64,000 nt of DNA, from assembly GCA_964016885.1 (NCBI GenBank), contig OZ024741.1, positions 230,950,001 through 231,014,000 of the forward strand. Direction: 5' to 3'. The DNA is from Eledone cirrhosa. Lineage: Eukaryota. Below, in pieces: positions 52,083 through 63,550 of the stretch. Within the stretch, counting starts at the first letter, position 1; each line of letters starts with the position of its first letter. A program made the position numbers and the translations under genes. The notes below the pieces were generated by a model. It searched no databases. It was not told the DNA's origin and worked only from the letters and a program-made list of their open reading frames with translations.

Positions 52083-52226
52083 AATGCAAACCCGGATATT
52101 ACGGAATTATGTGTGAACATAATTGTGTAGATTGTATAGACATGGCATGTGAACGTTTTAATGGGGAATGTCACAATGGTTGTAACTCAGGAATGGAGTG
52201 GGATGTCACAATTAAAAGATGTAAAG
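52083..52226 (+). CDS. EGF-like exon: ECKPGYYGIMCEHNCVDCIDMACERFNGECHNGCNSGMEWDVTIKRCK
   Basis: ttttacAG|, 144 nt, |GTAAGT, 8 Cys. Confidence 0.88.
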
Positions 52227-53230
52227 GTAAGTAAACTCTTCGTTGGGAAGATATTAGTTTTTACCTGGCCGTACTATACATGGTGTGTTTCGGAAGAGTT
52301 TTTAGAGTGTAGAACAAAATGTCTTGGGGCACTTGTTCAGATTCTGTATCCATCTAGGGCTGGAATTGTTTAAGAATTTTGATGACATACGTGATGGCAA
52401 TATTTGTTTCGGCATTACGCATTCTGAGCTTACATACCATAAATCCTATTAGGTAAGGTGAGATGTAAAGTTTCAGTTGGTTCATCTCAACCTGGCATTT
52501 GGTTGCTTTTAGCAGAGTTTATTCTCTTAGATGAATTTGAACCTGCCTCTGATTTCACGATACGTTCACTGGTATAATAAGTGACTTAGTGATAGTTAAA
52601 CTTACTCTTCTCTGTTAACACAAGTCGCTGATTCTTTTGCGTTCCGTTGTGTCTGATCTTCTGAGTAAGGATAACTTACAACTTTATCTTGTAAGTCCGG
52701 ACAACCTTGACATGGATCAGTGGCTCCATCTTCCATGCTTTGATTAAGCAAAAAGAAGTACAAATATGTGGCAAAACATAGTTTATAAAGAGAGGTCCGC
52801 AGAAATCATCACTCTGATAACATTTTCATCTCCTTTTGAAAGCAATACACTTTACTTACATCATACAATTTAGCAAGTATAATATATTGAGTCGCTAAAC
52901 CAAGTAATATAGAGGCTAATCCAATGCATCACAACCCGTAATTCGTTCTTCTGCTGTTGCAGTTGCATCTTGAAGACGTCCAAGTCAGCAATTATTTTTA
53001 ATGTCGTTGATCTGGTAGACCGAATATACGGTCAGCCTAGTAGCCTTATTTATAGCAGTTGTGATTTTCTCGCCACAACATTTTTTTTTCGTAAAATATG
53101 TTCTCCAGGTGATCTTTTGTTATCTTTCTGAGGCATATCCCTTCTAACTATCCCTTCTAACCTTGCAAAGCTTCCATCGTACGATATCTGTGTATATATA
53201 TTTATGATAAATGCGTATTCTATTTCACAG

Positions 53231-53374
53231 GATGCAAACCCGGACATTACGGATTATTGTGTGTAGATAGTTGTACAGATTGTATAAACCAGGCATGTGA
53301 AAGTGTCTATGGGAAATGTGGCGATGGTTGTAACGTAGGTTTAGTGTGGGATGAAGTAATTAAAAGATGTAAAG
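53231..53374 (+). CDS. EGF-like exon: GCKPGHYGLLCVDSCTDCINQACESVYGKCGDGCNVGLVWDEVIKRCK
   Basis: tttcacAG|, 144 nt, |GTAAGT, 8 Cys. Confidence 0.88.
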
Positions 53375-54993
53375 GTAAGTGACATTTTCGTAATGAAGAT
53401 AATACATTTTATCTGGTCGTTCTATAAATGCTGTGCCTCGGAACTGTTGTTAGAGTGTAGAACAAAATGTCTTGGGGTACTTTTTCCGTTTTCTGTGCCC
53501 ATCAAGGCTGGAATAGTTTAAGAATTTTGACGACATGCAGTGTGGCAACATTTTTCTTCGCACTAGGCATTCTGAGCTTACATTCCAACATACGTTATTA
53601 AGGTAAAATGAGTCTTAAACTTTTATTCGGTTTATATCAACCTGGCCCTTGCTTGCTTTTAGTAGAGTTTATTATCTTACAATCCTTTTAACATACCTCT
53701 AGTTTCAAAATACGTTCAATGGTATAACAAGTCAATTTAGTGAATGTTAAATTCAATCCTTCTTTTTGTTAACACAGTCAATCATTTTTTGTTTTCCATT
53801 GCCTCTAATCTTCTCTGTAAGGAGAACGTACAACTTAATCTGTTGAGCCCGGGAAGCCTGGCATGGATCATGAGCTCTATATTCCATGCTTTGATTAAGT
53901 TAAGCAAAAAGAAGAAAAATATGTGGTAAACCATAGCTTATAATGAGAGCTCCCACGAAATTATCACCCTCATAATATGAACTTCATTTTGCATTGAAAT
54001 CAATACACTTTACTTGAATCATACAATTTAGCTTGCATAGTACAGAGAGTCACTAAACCTAGTATAATAGATACTAATTAAAAGCATCGCCTGTCGAAAT
54101 TTGGTCTCTTCCTCTCTTAGTTGCATCTTGGAATCGTTAAAATGATCCCTATTCTTGAGTGTTGTTGGCCTGATAGATGGAAACTACGCTCTGCCAGGTA
54201 GAACCTTCTTTCCACCATTTTTCCTTCTAGCGATTGTGATTTGCTCTTCACAGAATGTTTTTATTTTTAAACCCGCTTCACCAGATCCTTTGTAATATTT
54301 CTGAGGCACCCTTGATGGACACATTCAGCTTTCTTGCAATCTTTGCTGTGGCTTCATGTCACTTTGGCATACTGAGCTGAAGTGGAGAACGACTTTGTTG
54401 TACAGACACATTTTCATATCTGTGCTCATATGTGAGGGAGAAAAAACAAGACGCATTCACTGGAACACTTTCACAGCTTTTCCAATTCTGCTGTTGACGT
54501 CCAGTTCATTGTTGCTTTTGTTGGATCACTTCACTGCGGCTTCCTGAAATTGTGTTGTTTCCCTCCATTGTCAATAAAGCAATATTTAGCTGCTACAGAC
54601 TTGAACTGGTTCTTGCTATAAAGGTGACGTTGACAGACTTGTCTGTTCTCTCATTGGAATTCATCGGCTGCTTCTCCCATGTGTGTGCGTGTATCTGTGT
54701 GTTGGTGTATATATGAGTTTTTAATTATTATTTTACAACATTTTCGCATTCATTTAGGCATACGCAATCCCTTTGAAAGACATTAAGTTGTACATTGGTC
54801 TATGGTCCGGAGAAACCTGAAGCGGATTATGTGCATCTGGTAGCTTACGTCTCCCGGAAAGCCGTCGGTAATCATGAATTTTGACATGAGTTGACCTTAT
54901 ATTGAGCCCGAAAGCTATCCCTTCTAACCTTGCAAAGCTTCCATCGTACGATATCTGTATATATTTATGATAAATGCGTATTCTATTTCACAG

Positions 54994-55137
54994 AATGCGA
55001 ACCCGGACATTACGGATTAATGTGTGTAGATAATTGTACACATTGTATGAACCAGACATGTGAAAGTGTCTATGGGAAATGTGACGATGGTTGTAACCCA
55101 GGTTTTGAGTGGGATGAAGAAATTAAAAGATGTAAAG
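54994..55137 (+). CDS. EGF-like exon: ECEPGHYGLMCVDNCTHCMNQTCESVYGKCDDGCNPGFEWDEEIKRCK
   Basis: tttcacAG|, 144 nt, |GTAAGT, 8 Cys. Confidence 0.88.
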
Positions 55138-56729
55138 GTAAGTGAAATTTTCGTGATAAATATATTACATTTTACCTGGTCATTCTATAAATGCTGTGTG
55201 TCGGAACTGTTGTTAGAGTGTAGAACAAAATGACTTGGGGTACTTGTTCCGTTTCTGTGCCCATCAAGGCTGGAATTGTTTAAGAATTTTGACGACATGC
55301 ATGGTGGCAACATTTTTCTTGGCATTAGGCATTCTGAGCTTACATTCCAATATACGTTATTAAGGTAAAATGAGTCTTAAACTTATATTCGGTTTATATT
55401 AACCTGGTCCTTCGTTGATTTTAGGAGAGTTTATTATCTTACAATCCTTTTAACATACCTCTGGTTTCACAATACATTCAATGGTATAGAAAGTCAATTT
55501 AGTGATAAGTAATCTAAATACTTATGCAACTTAACACAAGACCCTGATTGTTTGCTTTATTTTGCGACTGATCTTCTCTTCCAACTTAATCTTGTAAGAC
55601 CGGGAAACCTTGACATTGATCTTTGGCTCCCTCTTCTAGTATTTGATTAAGCAGACATTAGAAAAATATGTGACAAAACATAGCTTATAAAGGGCGCTCC
55701 CCAGAAAATATCATCCTGCTAATATAATCTTCCTTTGCTATTGAAAGAAATACACTTTTCTTGCATCATACAAGTTAGCATGCATAACACATACAGTTGC
55801 TAAACTTAGAGAAGTAGACACTAATTAAATCCATCACCAGCTGAAATTCTGTCTGCTCCTATTTCAGTTGCAGCTTGGAGACGTTCAAATCATCACTATT
55901 GTCAAATGCCGTTGAACTGTTAGACGGAATATATGGTCAGCCAGGTAGAACCTTCCGTCGGCCATTTTTCTTACAGAGGTTGTGATTTGACCTCATGGAA
56001 TTGTTTTACTTGTAAACTAGGTGCGCAAGGTTATCTTTAGCAATCCATCTGGGAGATATTTGATGGAACTAATTCAGATTTCTGGTAATCTTCGCTATGT
56101 TTTCAGGTCCCTTTAGCATACACAGCTGTGTGGATAACGAATGTGTCATATAGACAAATGTTGATATCTGCACACATAGTTGAGACTGAGCAAACAAAGC
56201 GCATTCACTGGAACACTTTCACAGCCTTACCAATTCTGCTGATGACGTCCACTTCATTGTTGCTATTGTTAGATCAATTTACTGCGGCTTCCTCTTTGGT
56301 GTTATTGCCCACTATAATCAAGTAATCCAATATTTAGCTGCTACAGATTTGAACTTGTTACTGCTACTAAGGCGACGTTGTCAGAATTGTCTGTTCCCCC
56401 CATGGAATTCATTCATTGGCTGCTTCGTCCATGTCTGTGTGTTTTGGTGCATATATGACCTTTTAATTGTTATATACCAACATTTTCGCGTTTGTTTAGG
56501 CATACGTAATCCGTTTTAAATACGTCAGTTTGTACATAGGTATGTGGGCCGGAGAACGCTCAACCGGTTTGTGTATATCCGACAGCCACCCTCTCTCGGA
56601 AAACCCTCAGTAATCATGAACATTGACATGAGTTGACCTTTTATTGTACCCGAAAGCTATCCCTTCTAACCTTGCAAAGCTTCCAATGGAAGATTTCTCT
56701 CTAAGATAAATGTGTATTCACTTTTACAG

Positions 56730-56873
56730 AATGTAAAATCGGATATTACGGATTAATGTGTGTAGAAAATTGTACATATTGTATAAACCAGACATGTGAA
56801 AGTGTCTATGGGAAATGTGACGGTGGTTGTAACGTAGGATTTGAGTGGGATGAAGAAATTAAAATATGTAAAG
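56730..56873 (+). CDS. EGF-like exon: ECKIGYYGLMCVENCTYCINQTCESVYGKCDGGCNVGFEWDEEIKICK
   Basis: ttttacAG|, 144 nt, |GTAAGT, 8 Cys. Confidence 0.88.
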
Positions 56874-56966
56874 GTAAGTGAAATTTTCGTGATAAATATA
56901 TTACATTTTACCTGGTCGTTCAATGGAGGATCACTCTCTAAGATAAATGTGTATTCACTTTTACAG

Positions 56967-57110
56967 AATGTAAAATCGGATATTACGGATTTATGTGTCA
57001 AAGTATGTGTACAGATTGTTTAGGCATCGTATGTGACATTTATATTGGTGAATGTAACAATGGTTGTGTCAGAGGTATGCATTGGAATCGCACAATTGAA
57101 AGATGTAAAG
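56967..57110 (+). CDS. EGF-like exon: ECKIGYYGFMCQSMCTDCLGIVCDIYIGECNNGCVRGMHWNRTIERCK
   Basis: ttttacAG|, 144 nt, |GTAAGT, 8 Cys; preceded by a 93-nt intron. Confidence 0.86.
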
Positions 57111-58716
57111 GTAAGTGAAATATTCGTGTTGTAGATATTATTTTTTACCTGGTCTTTCTATAAATGCTGTAGAAGTGTTCTTAGGGTTTAGAACAAAATG
57201 TCTTGGGGGTACTTGTTCCGTTTTCTGTATTAATCTAAGATTGGAATTGTTTAAGAAATTTGATGACATGATTCAAGTCAATATTTGTTTCGGCATTACG
57301 CATTTTGAGCTTACATTCCAATGTATCCTATTAGGGTGTACTGAGAATCAATCTTTCACTCAGTTTATATCAACCTGGTTTACGTTGTTTTTAGCAGAGT
57401 TAATTCTATTGCAAGCATTTGAATATCTCTTTTGTTTGAAGATAAATTCATTGGTATAACGAATCAACTTATTGATATTTAAATTGAATCATTCTTTCTG
57501 TTAACAAATTCAATAATGTTTGTTTTCCATTGCCTCTGATCTTATCTGTAAGGAGAACGTACAACTTAATCTTTTAAGTCCGGGAAGCCAGGCATGGATC
57601 ATGAGCTCTGTCTTCCATGCTTTCATTAAGCAAAAAGAAATAATATGTGGCAAACCATAGCTTATAAAGAGAGCTCCCAAGAAATCATTACTCTCATAAT
57701 ATACTTTTCATCTTCCTTTGAAATCAATACAATTTACTTGCATCATACAATTTAGTTTGCATACCACATAGAGTCACTAAACCTAGTATAATAGACACTA
57801 ATTAAAGCATCGCCAGCCGAAATTTGGTGTGCTATTCCTTTAGTTGCACCTTGGAGACGTTCAAGTTATCACTATTGTTAAGTGTTGTTAACTGGTAGAT
57901 GGAAAATACGCATAACCAGGTAGAACCTTCTTTCTGCCTTTATTACTTATAGCGGTTGTGAATTGCTCCTCGCCGAATTTTTTTATTTTTAAACTAGCTT
58001 CACCAGGAGACCTTTTGTAATCTTTCTGAGGCACCCTTGATGGAAAACATTCAGGTCTAGTGCAATTTTTGCTGTGGTTTCAAGTCGCTTTGGCATATTG
58101 AGCTGTGTGGGGAACGACTTTGTCGTATACACAAATGTTGATATCTGTGTTCATATGTAAAGGTGAAAAAAACAAAACGCATTCACTGGAACACTTTCAC
58201 AGCATTTCCAATTCTGCTGATGACCTCCAGTTCATTGTTACTTTTGTTGGATCACTTCACTGCGGCTTCCTTAAATGGTGTTGTTTCCCTCCATCGTCAA
58301 TTAAGCAATATTTAGCTGCTACAGATTTGAACTGGTTCTTGCTATACAGGTGACGTTGACAAACTTGTCTGTTCTCTCCTTGGAATTCATCGGCTGCTTC
58401 CCCCATGTCCGTGACTGTGTGCGTTGGTGCATATCTGAGTTTAAAATTGTTATTTTGCCAACTTTTCGCGTTTGTCTAGGCATACGCAATTCCTTTCAAA
58501 GACATAAGTTTGTACATAGGTCTATGGTCCGGAGAGAGCTGAAGCCGGTTGTGTGTCTCTGGTAGCCTCCGTCACCCGGAAAGCTGTCGGTAATCATGAA
58601 GTTTGACATGAGTTGACCTTTTCCAGTGCCCAAAAGCTATCCCTTCTAACATTGCAAAGCTTCCATCGTACGATATCTGTAAATATATATTTATATGTAT
58701 GTATTCTATTTCACAG

Positions 58717-58860
58717 AATGCGGACCCGGATATTATGGATATTTGTGTAAACATGTTTGTTCAGATTGCATGGACGAGGTATGTGAAGGTTACTATGGGA
58801 AATGCGATGGTGGTTGTAAACCAGGTTTGATGTGGGATGAAGATATTAAAAGATGTATAA
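58717..58860 (+). CDS. EGF-like exon: ECGPGYYGYLCKHVCSDCMDEVCEGYYGKCDGGCKPGLMWDEDIKRCI
   Basis: tttcacAG|, 144 nt, |GTAAGT, 8 Cys. Confidence 0.88.
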
Positions 58861-59479
58861 GTAAGTGGAATTTTCGTGGTAAAGATATTTCATTTTACCT
58901 AGTCGTTCTATAAATGATGTGTGTCGGAACTCTTGTTAGAGTGTAGAACAAAATGTCTTGGTATACTCGATCCGTTTTCTGTGTCCATCAAGGGCTTGAA
59001 TAGTTTAAGAATTTTGATGACATGCGTGGTGGCAATATCTGCTTTGGCATGACGCATTCTGAGCTTACATTCCAATATATCCTTTTAAGGTAAAATGAGT
59101 CTTACACTTTTATTCGGTTTATATCAACCTGGCCCTTTTGTTGCTTTTAGGAGAGTGTATTCTCTTACTATCCTTTGACCATGCCTCTAGTTTCACAATA
59201 GATTCAATGGTATAACAAGTCAATTTAGTGATAGGTAATCTTAATACTTCTGCCACTTAACACAACACACTGATTGTTTGCTTTACTGGGCGACTGATCT
59301 CTCTACGGATAACTTTCAACTCAATCTTGTAAGACCGGGAAACTTGACATAGATCTTTGGCTCCATCTTCTAGTCTTTGATTAAGCAAACATTAGAAAAA
59401 TATGTGACAATCCATAACTTATAAAGAGAGCTCCCTAGAACTCATAAACTCTGATGATATAATCTTCCTCTCCTTTTGA

Positions 59480-61600
59480 AATCAATTCACTTTACTTGCA
59501 TCATACATTTACATGCATAACACATAGAGTCGCTAAAGATAGTAAATTTGACACTAATTAAATCCATCACCAGCTGAAATTCAGTCTGCTCCTATTTCAG
59601 TAGCAGGTTGGAGACGTTCAAGTCATCACTATTGTTGAATGTCGCTGATATGGTAGACGGAAAATACTGTCAGCCAGTTAGAACCTCCTTTCCACAATCT
59701 TTACTTGCAGCGGTTGTGATTTGCTCTTCACGGAATCTTACTTTTCCCTTTTTTGTAAAGTATATTTACCTGATGAACTTTTGAAATATATCTGAAGCAC
59801 CGTTGATGAAAAAATCTCAGTTTTCTTGCAATATTTGCTGTGTTTTCAAGTCTCTTTGTCACACGCGGCTGTGTGGAGAATGTGTGTGTCGTGTAGACAA
59901 AGCTTGATATCTGTGCTCATAATTGAGACTGAGCAAACAAAACACATTCACTGGAACACTTTCACGGCTTTTCCAATTCTGCTGATTACCTGCTGTTAAT
60001 TTTTGCTGTTGTTGCATCTCTTCACTGCCGCTTCCTAATTGGTGTTGTTGCCCACCATTGTCAACTAACCCAAGATTTAGTTGCAGTGATGTCGTTAACT
60101 GTTACAGATTTGAACTGGTTCCTGCTATTAACCCCACGTTGATAGACTGGTGTGTTTTCCCCATGTAATTCATTGGCTAGTTCCACCATCAGTTCTTTTA
60201 AACCAACGTCAGCAACCAGTAGTAATAGAGGGAAGAGAGGAAGCACTCTTGCTCGACTCCACAAACAATTTTAACTTAATCCGTTATTCCAGGAATAATT
60301 GTCATAAGACACTTGAAGTAGAAGGACAATCTCCTAATGTTGCTGAAAAAGACAAACATAGTGGGACAATGAATAATAAAACAATGCTTCAGGGTCACTT
60401 ACTTTGCACACTTTGAAAAGCATTCTCGATGATATTAAACCTCTAGTGGTCTCTGCTATTCGATACACTGTTCAATGAAGCTAGTCAGAATGAACATTTG
60501 ATCAAGGAATAAGTTGCTGTTTCGAAAGGCAGCAATAACTTCCCATGGGACATAACCTACAGCTTGGCATAGTCAACTAAGTAACAACGTGCAGAAAACA
60601 TTGTATGGGACCAAAAATAAATGTGATCCCTCGTCAGTCTCTGCAAGTTATCAGATTTCCTTTCTTTGGTTACTTCAGAATAATCACTTGCTGACTCTAG
60701 AAGTGGCCCTTATGTCCAGTTGTTGTTCATCAGCTTGGTCATTGCTAAAGTTATTCGGCCGTTGCCATACTTCAGAAGCTCATTTAAGTTCTCATTCAGC
60801 CTAGCAGATTTGTTATTCTACAAAGACTTTAGTGCAATTATCATCTCCCTTACTATAAATCTTTCCCTGGGAGGCATACAGAGATGTGTTGGCAGCTAGT
60901 GTATCAAAGCTGAATTCAAACAAACTCGCTGGGGGTGGCTAGTTTATCTCCTGGAAGTGTTCGATCCATCTATATCTTGCTCTTTACTTTTCACCAGCCT
61001 TTATATTATTTGCATTTATTGTCATGTTCCCATTTCATGGGGCACCTGTTAACTCACTTACAATGTTGAACATGTTTGTTGATTCATTTCGACCCGCCGC
61101 TTTTTCACCTTCTGTGCACGTGTGCTCTCGCGAGGGCAATCTACTTTGATTAGATATGCATCATCTGTTTTTCCATCGTTTCTATTCTTGCCATGACCCT
61201 TAAGAATGTTTGCCATCAATCTACCATCGATTATTGCTAAGTTTGTTCCCGGACGCACGCCTCTCTTTTCGATCCCCTTTGTCTCTTGGTTTACAATTCT
61301 TCAGTCCCAACCTCACTGTAACAAATGTTAGGCTGATCGGATGCCTCCACCACTGCACACCCTGGCATCCCCATCATTGATTTATGTTAATATAATCGAT
61401 TTTGTTTTTCTTGCAAACATTTCTCTCCGGTGACTCCAACATCGATTTATGGATTAGTATGTACTGGAAGCAGCTGTAGCAAAGTCTGTGGTTGTTGATG
61501 CAGCAGAAAAACAGCAGGCGTTCTCCGTTGTCTTTGTCTGCTGGACAGAACCTAACGGTACAGTGTCATATTCAGACCTATGAATATTTCCTCCTGATGA
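59480..61600 (-). mobile_element. Ancient RTE-type LINE remnant
   Basis: Degenerate RT and C-terminal peptides on the - strand: DQMFILTSFIEQC, GVEQEC, ISRIGKAVKVFQ, KLRFFHQRCFR. Boundaries approximate. Confidence 0.65.
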
Positions 61601-62159
61601 ATATTTTGATTCCATCTCTTCTGGTATGTCCTCTTGTTAGATGTGAGACTATTGTTCAGATTGACGTAGCTTAGTTAGACTGAATGTCGGTCCGAATGTG
61701 TTTTGGATGAGATGATGTAAAAAGGAGGCAGTCTGCAAGTTTGAAATATATATATATATATATATATATCAGTGTCTACTCATGTTTCGTTTATTATTTG
61801 TATATTTAATATGGTGCGTTTCGCGATAGGGATGTCCGTAGTGAATTGGGTGTTAGAATTTATATTGTTGATAAGGTTGGAAAATATTGTAATTCATCAA
61901 AATTATCCTTCCCAAAACAAAGCAGTTGACAGAGATCTTTTCCAGTTTTCTTTCATATAACAGCTTGATTTATCCCATACACTTGTCATAATTGTCTGCA
62001 GATACATAATACATGCAAACCTATGTGCTAGATGGTTGAGGAAATCAAGAACATATTGCATGAAGGCATAGGAAGTCTATGGGCAAGCTCCAGAAGTATC
62101 TGGTCTGGCACTAATAACGAGAAGTGCTAGCAATTTGAGATGAATACTACATGTCATGT

Positions 62160-62650
62160 GCTGTTGTCATATAAGCCTGTTTGAAGAGATGCACATATTG
62201 TGAATAAGTTACCGTGACCGCATTCGTTCTGTCTCTGGCAAACTTCTGTCGCGTGTACAGCATGTCCAGTTATCGACCGAATATTTTACGAACATCGCTG
62301 CCCCTCCATTATTTAATTGTGGAGGGCAGTAGTTCTTTGTCTTTTTCTGATGGCGATAACAAATGTGGTCGTGTAGTAAGACCATTGAGAAGAATGGTGT
62401 GTGAGATTTTACTCTTTTTAGAGTTTTTAGTTTCATTTGTAAAAGAAAATGCGAGTGAAAGAGGAAAAGTGAGCTGATTTCCTCTGGTAAAGTTTAGAAA
62501 ATATATGTGACTCGTGAAAATGGGCTTGTTTATTTGTTCTATGTAATCACATAGGCATTATGAACCTTCGTTTTAATGTGCCCTCATTCTGTCCACATGC
62601 GGCAAATAAAAGACGTCATCATCATCATGGTCATCATTATCATCCCCATC
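62160..62650 (+). mobile_element. Old Tx1 3'-end fragment with AATAAA (62605) and (CAT)n tail
   Basis: QLSTEYFTNIAAPPLFNCGGQ resembles QLSAESIVRIASPSSFSREGQ, and FHL*KKMRVKEE resembles FHLKRKIRAERE, of the family 1 ORF2. Confidence 0.65.
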
Positions 62651-62749
62651 ATCAATAATTACAAAAGCTGAAGAAGGGAGGTAGGCCTAAAATCCAAACT
62701 CGCTCTCTTCAATTCTATTTATTCTCAAACCCTTACCTATCGTCATGAC

Positions 62750-63203
62750 TCTTAGGGATGACCGAAAGAATACGATCTGGAATACAAGCAACCGGAATGG
62801 GTTTCCTCCGAAAGGTCTTTGGAGTAACGTTACTCGATAAAGTACAAAGCTCGGAGATCAAAGAGTCACTTCAGGTAGAGCCGCTACTTCTCTGAATTGA
62901 GAGATCACAGCTCCGCATGTGGTTAAAATGTCTCAGCAAAGAATCGCTGGACAGATTTTATGGGCAAAGCCAACTGGCAAAATACTCAAGGGTAGACACG
63001 GAGCAATATATTTGGATAACATACATGAGCTTGGCTGGTCACGCTTTGGGATACAGCCGGATCAGCTTGAGATGGTTGCTTCTGTCAGGAACCGCTTGAA
63101 GGAGTGTTGTAGAACTATGCCCACCCCTACCCTCTTAGGAATGAGCGGGCGAAGAAGAAGAAGAAGAAGAAGAAGAAGAAGAAGAAGAAGAAGAAGAAGA
63201 AGA
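62750..63203 (+). mobile_element. RTE-clade (Expander/Rex3-like) LINE 3' end with (GAA)n tail
   Basis: FGVTLLDKVQSSEIKESLQVEPLLL.IERSQLR..HVVKMSQQRIAGQILWAKPTGK..KGR. Confidence 0.75.
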
Positions 63204-63322
63204 ATGATGATGATGAGGAGGAGGAGGAGGAGGAGGAGGGGGGGGGAGGAGGGGGAGGAGGAGGCTGAGGTTTAGGATGCGGAGGTGGAGGTGGTGGTGG
63301 TGGTGTTGTGTTTGAATCAGAC

Positions 63323-63540
63323 CGGTGAATTGGTAGTATCGGTAGAACAGCGGACACATTGCTTCCCGTCTTAGAATTACGGCCCTTTAGGCTCTGATTT
63401 CATATCTCGCTGAGGTTAATTTCATTCTGACGGGCGTCGATAAAATATAACACCAGTAACGCACCGGGATCGATTTCATCGAAGTTTCCTTTTCACAAGT
63501 TGTTGGCATAGTGCCTAAATTGAAAAATCATTAGTATTGT
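63323..63540 (+). mobile_element. Older, diverged tRNA-derived SINE
   Basis: ggtgaattggtagtatcggtaga...gaggttaat...gtcgataaaat...ggcatagtgcctaaa. Confidence 0.75.
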
Positions 63541-63550
63541 TGTTGTTGTT

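Larger units (their letters stand above)
52060..60190 (+). repeat. Tandem exon+intron repeat with a ~1.75-kb unit (also 30390-33085)
   Basis: Exon start spacings of 1720, 1763, 1736 and 1750 nt (deleted units: 1148, 722, 237). Introns align along their length. Confidence 0.92.

Noticed and set aside
30413-58860. Diversity-generating-retroelement-like system (RT next to variable repeats)
   Set aside because: The RTs are ordinary non-LTR types, exon differences are not adenine-restricted and there is no invariant template repeat.
52083-58860. Assigning a gene symbol such as MEGF10 or a PTPR
   Set aside because: Only EGF-like modules are visible; no signal peptide, transmembrane or catalytic exon was identified in the window.
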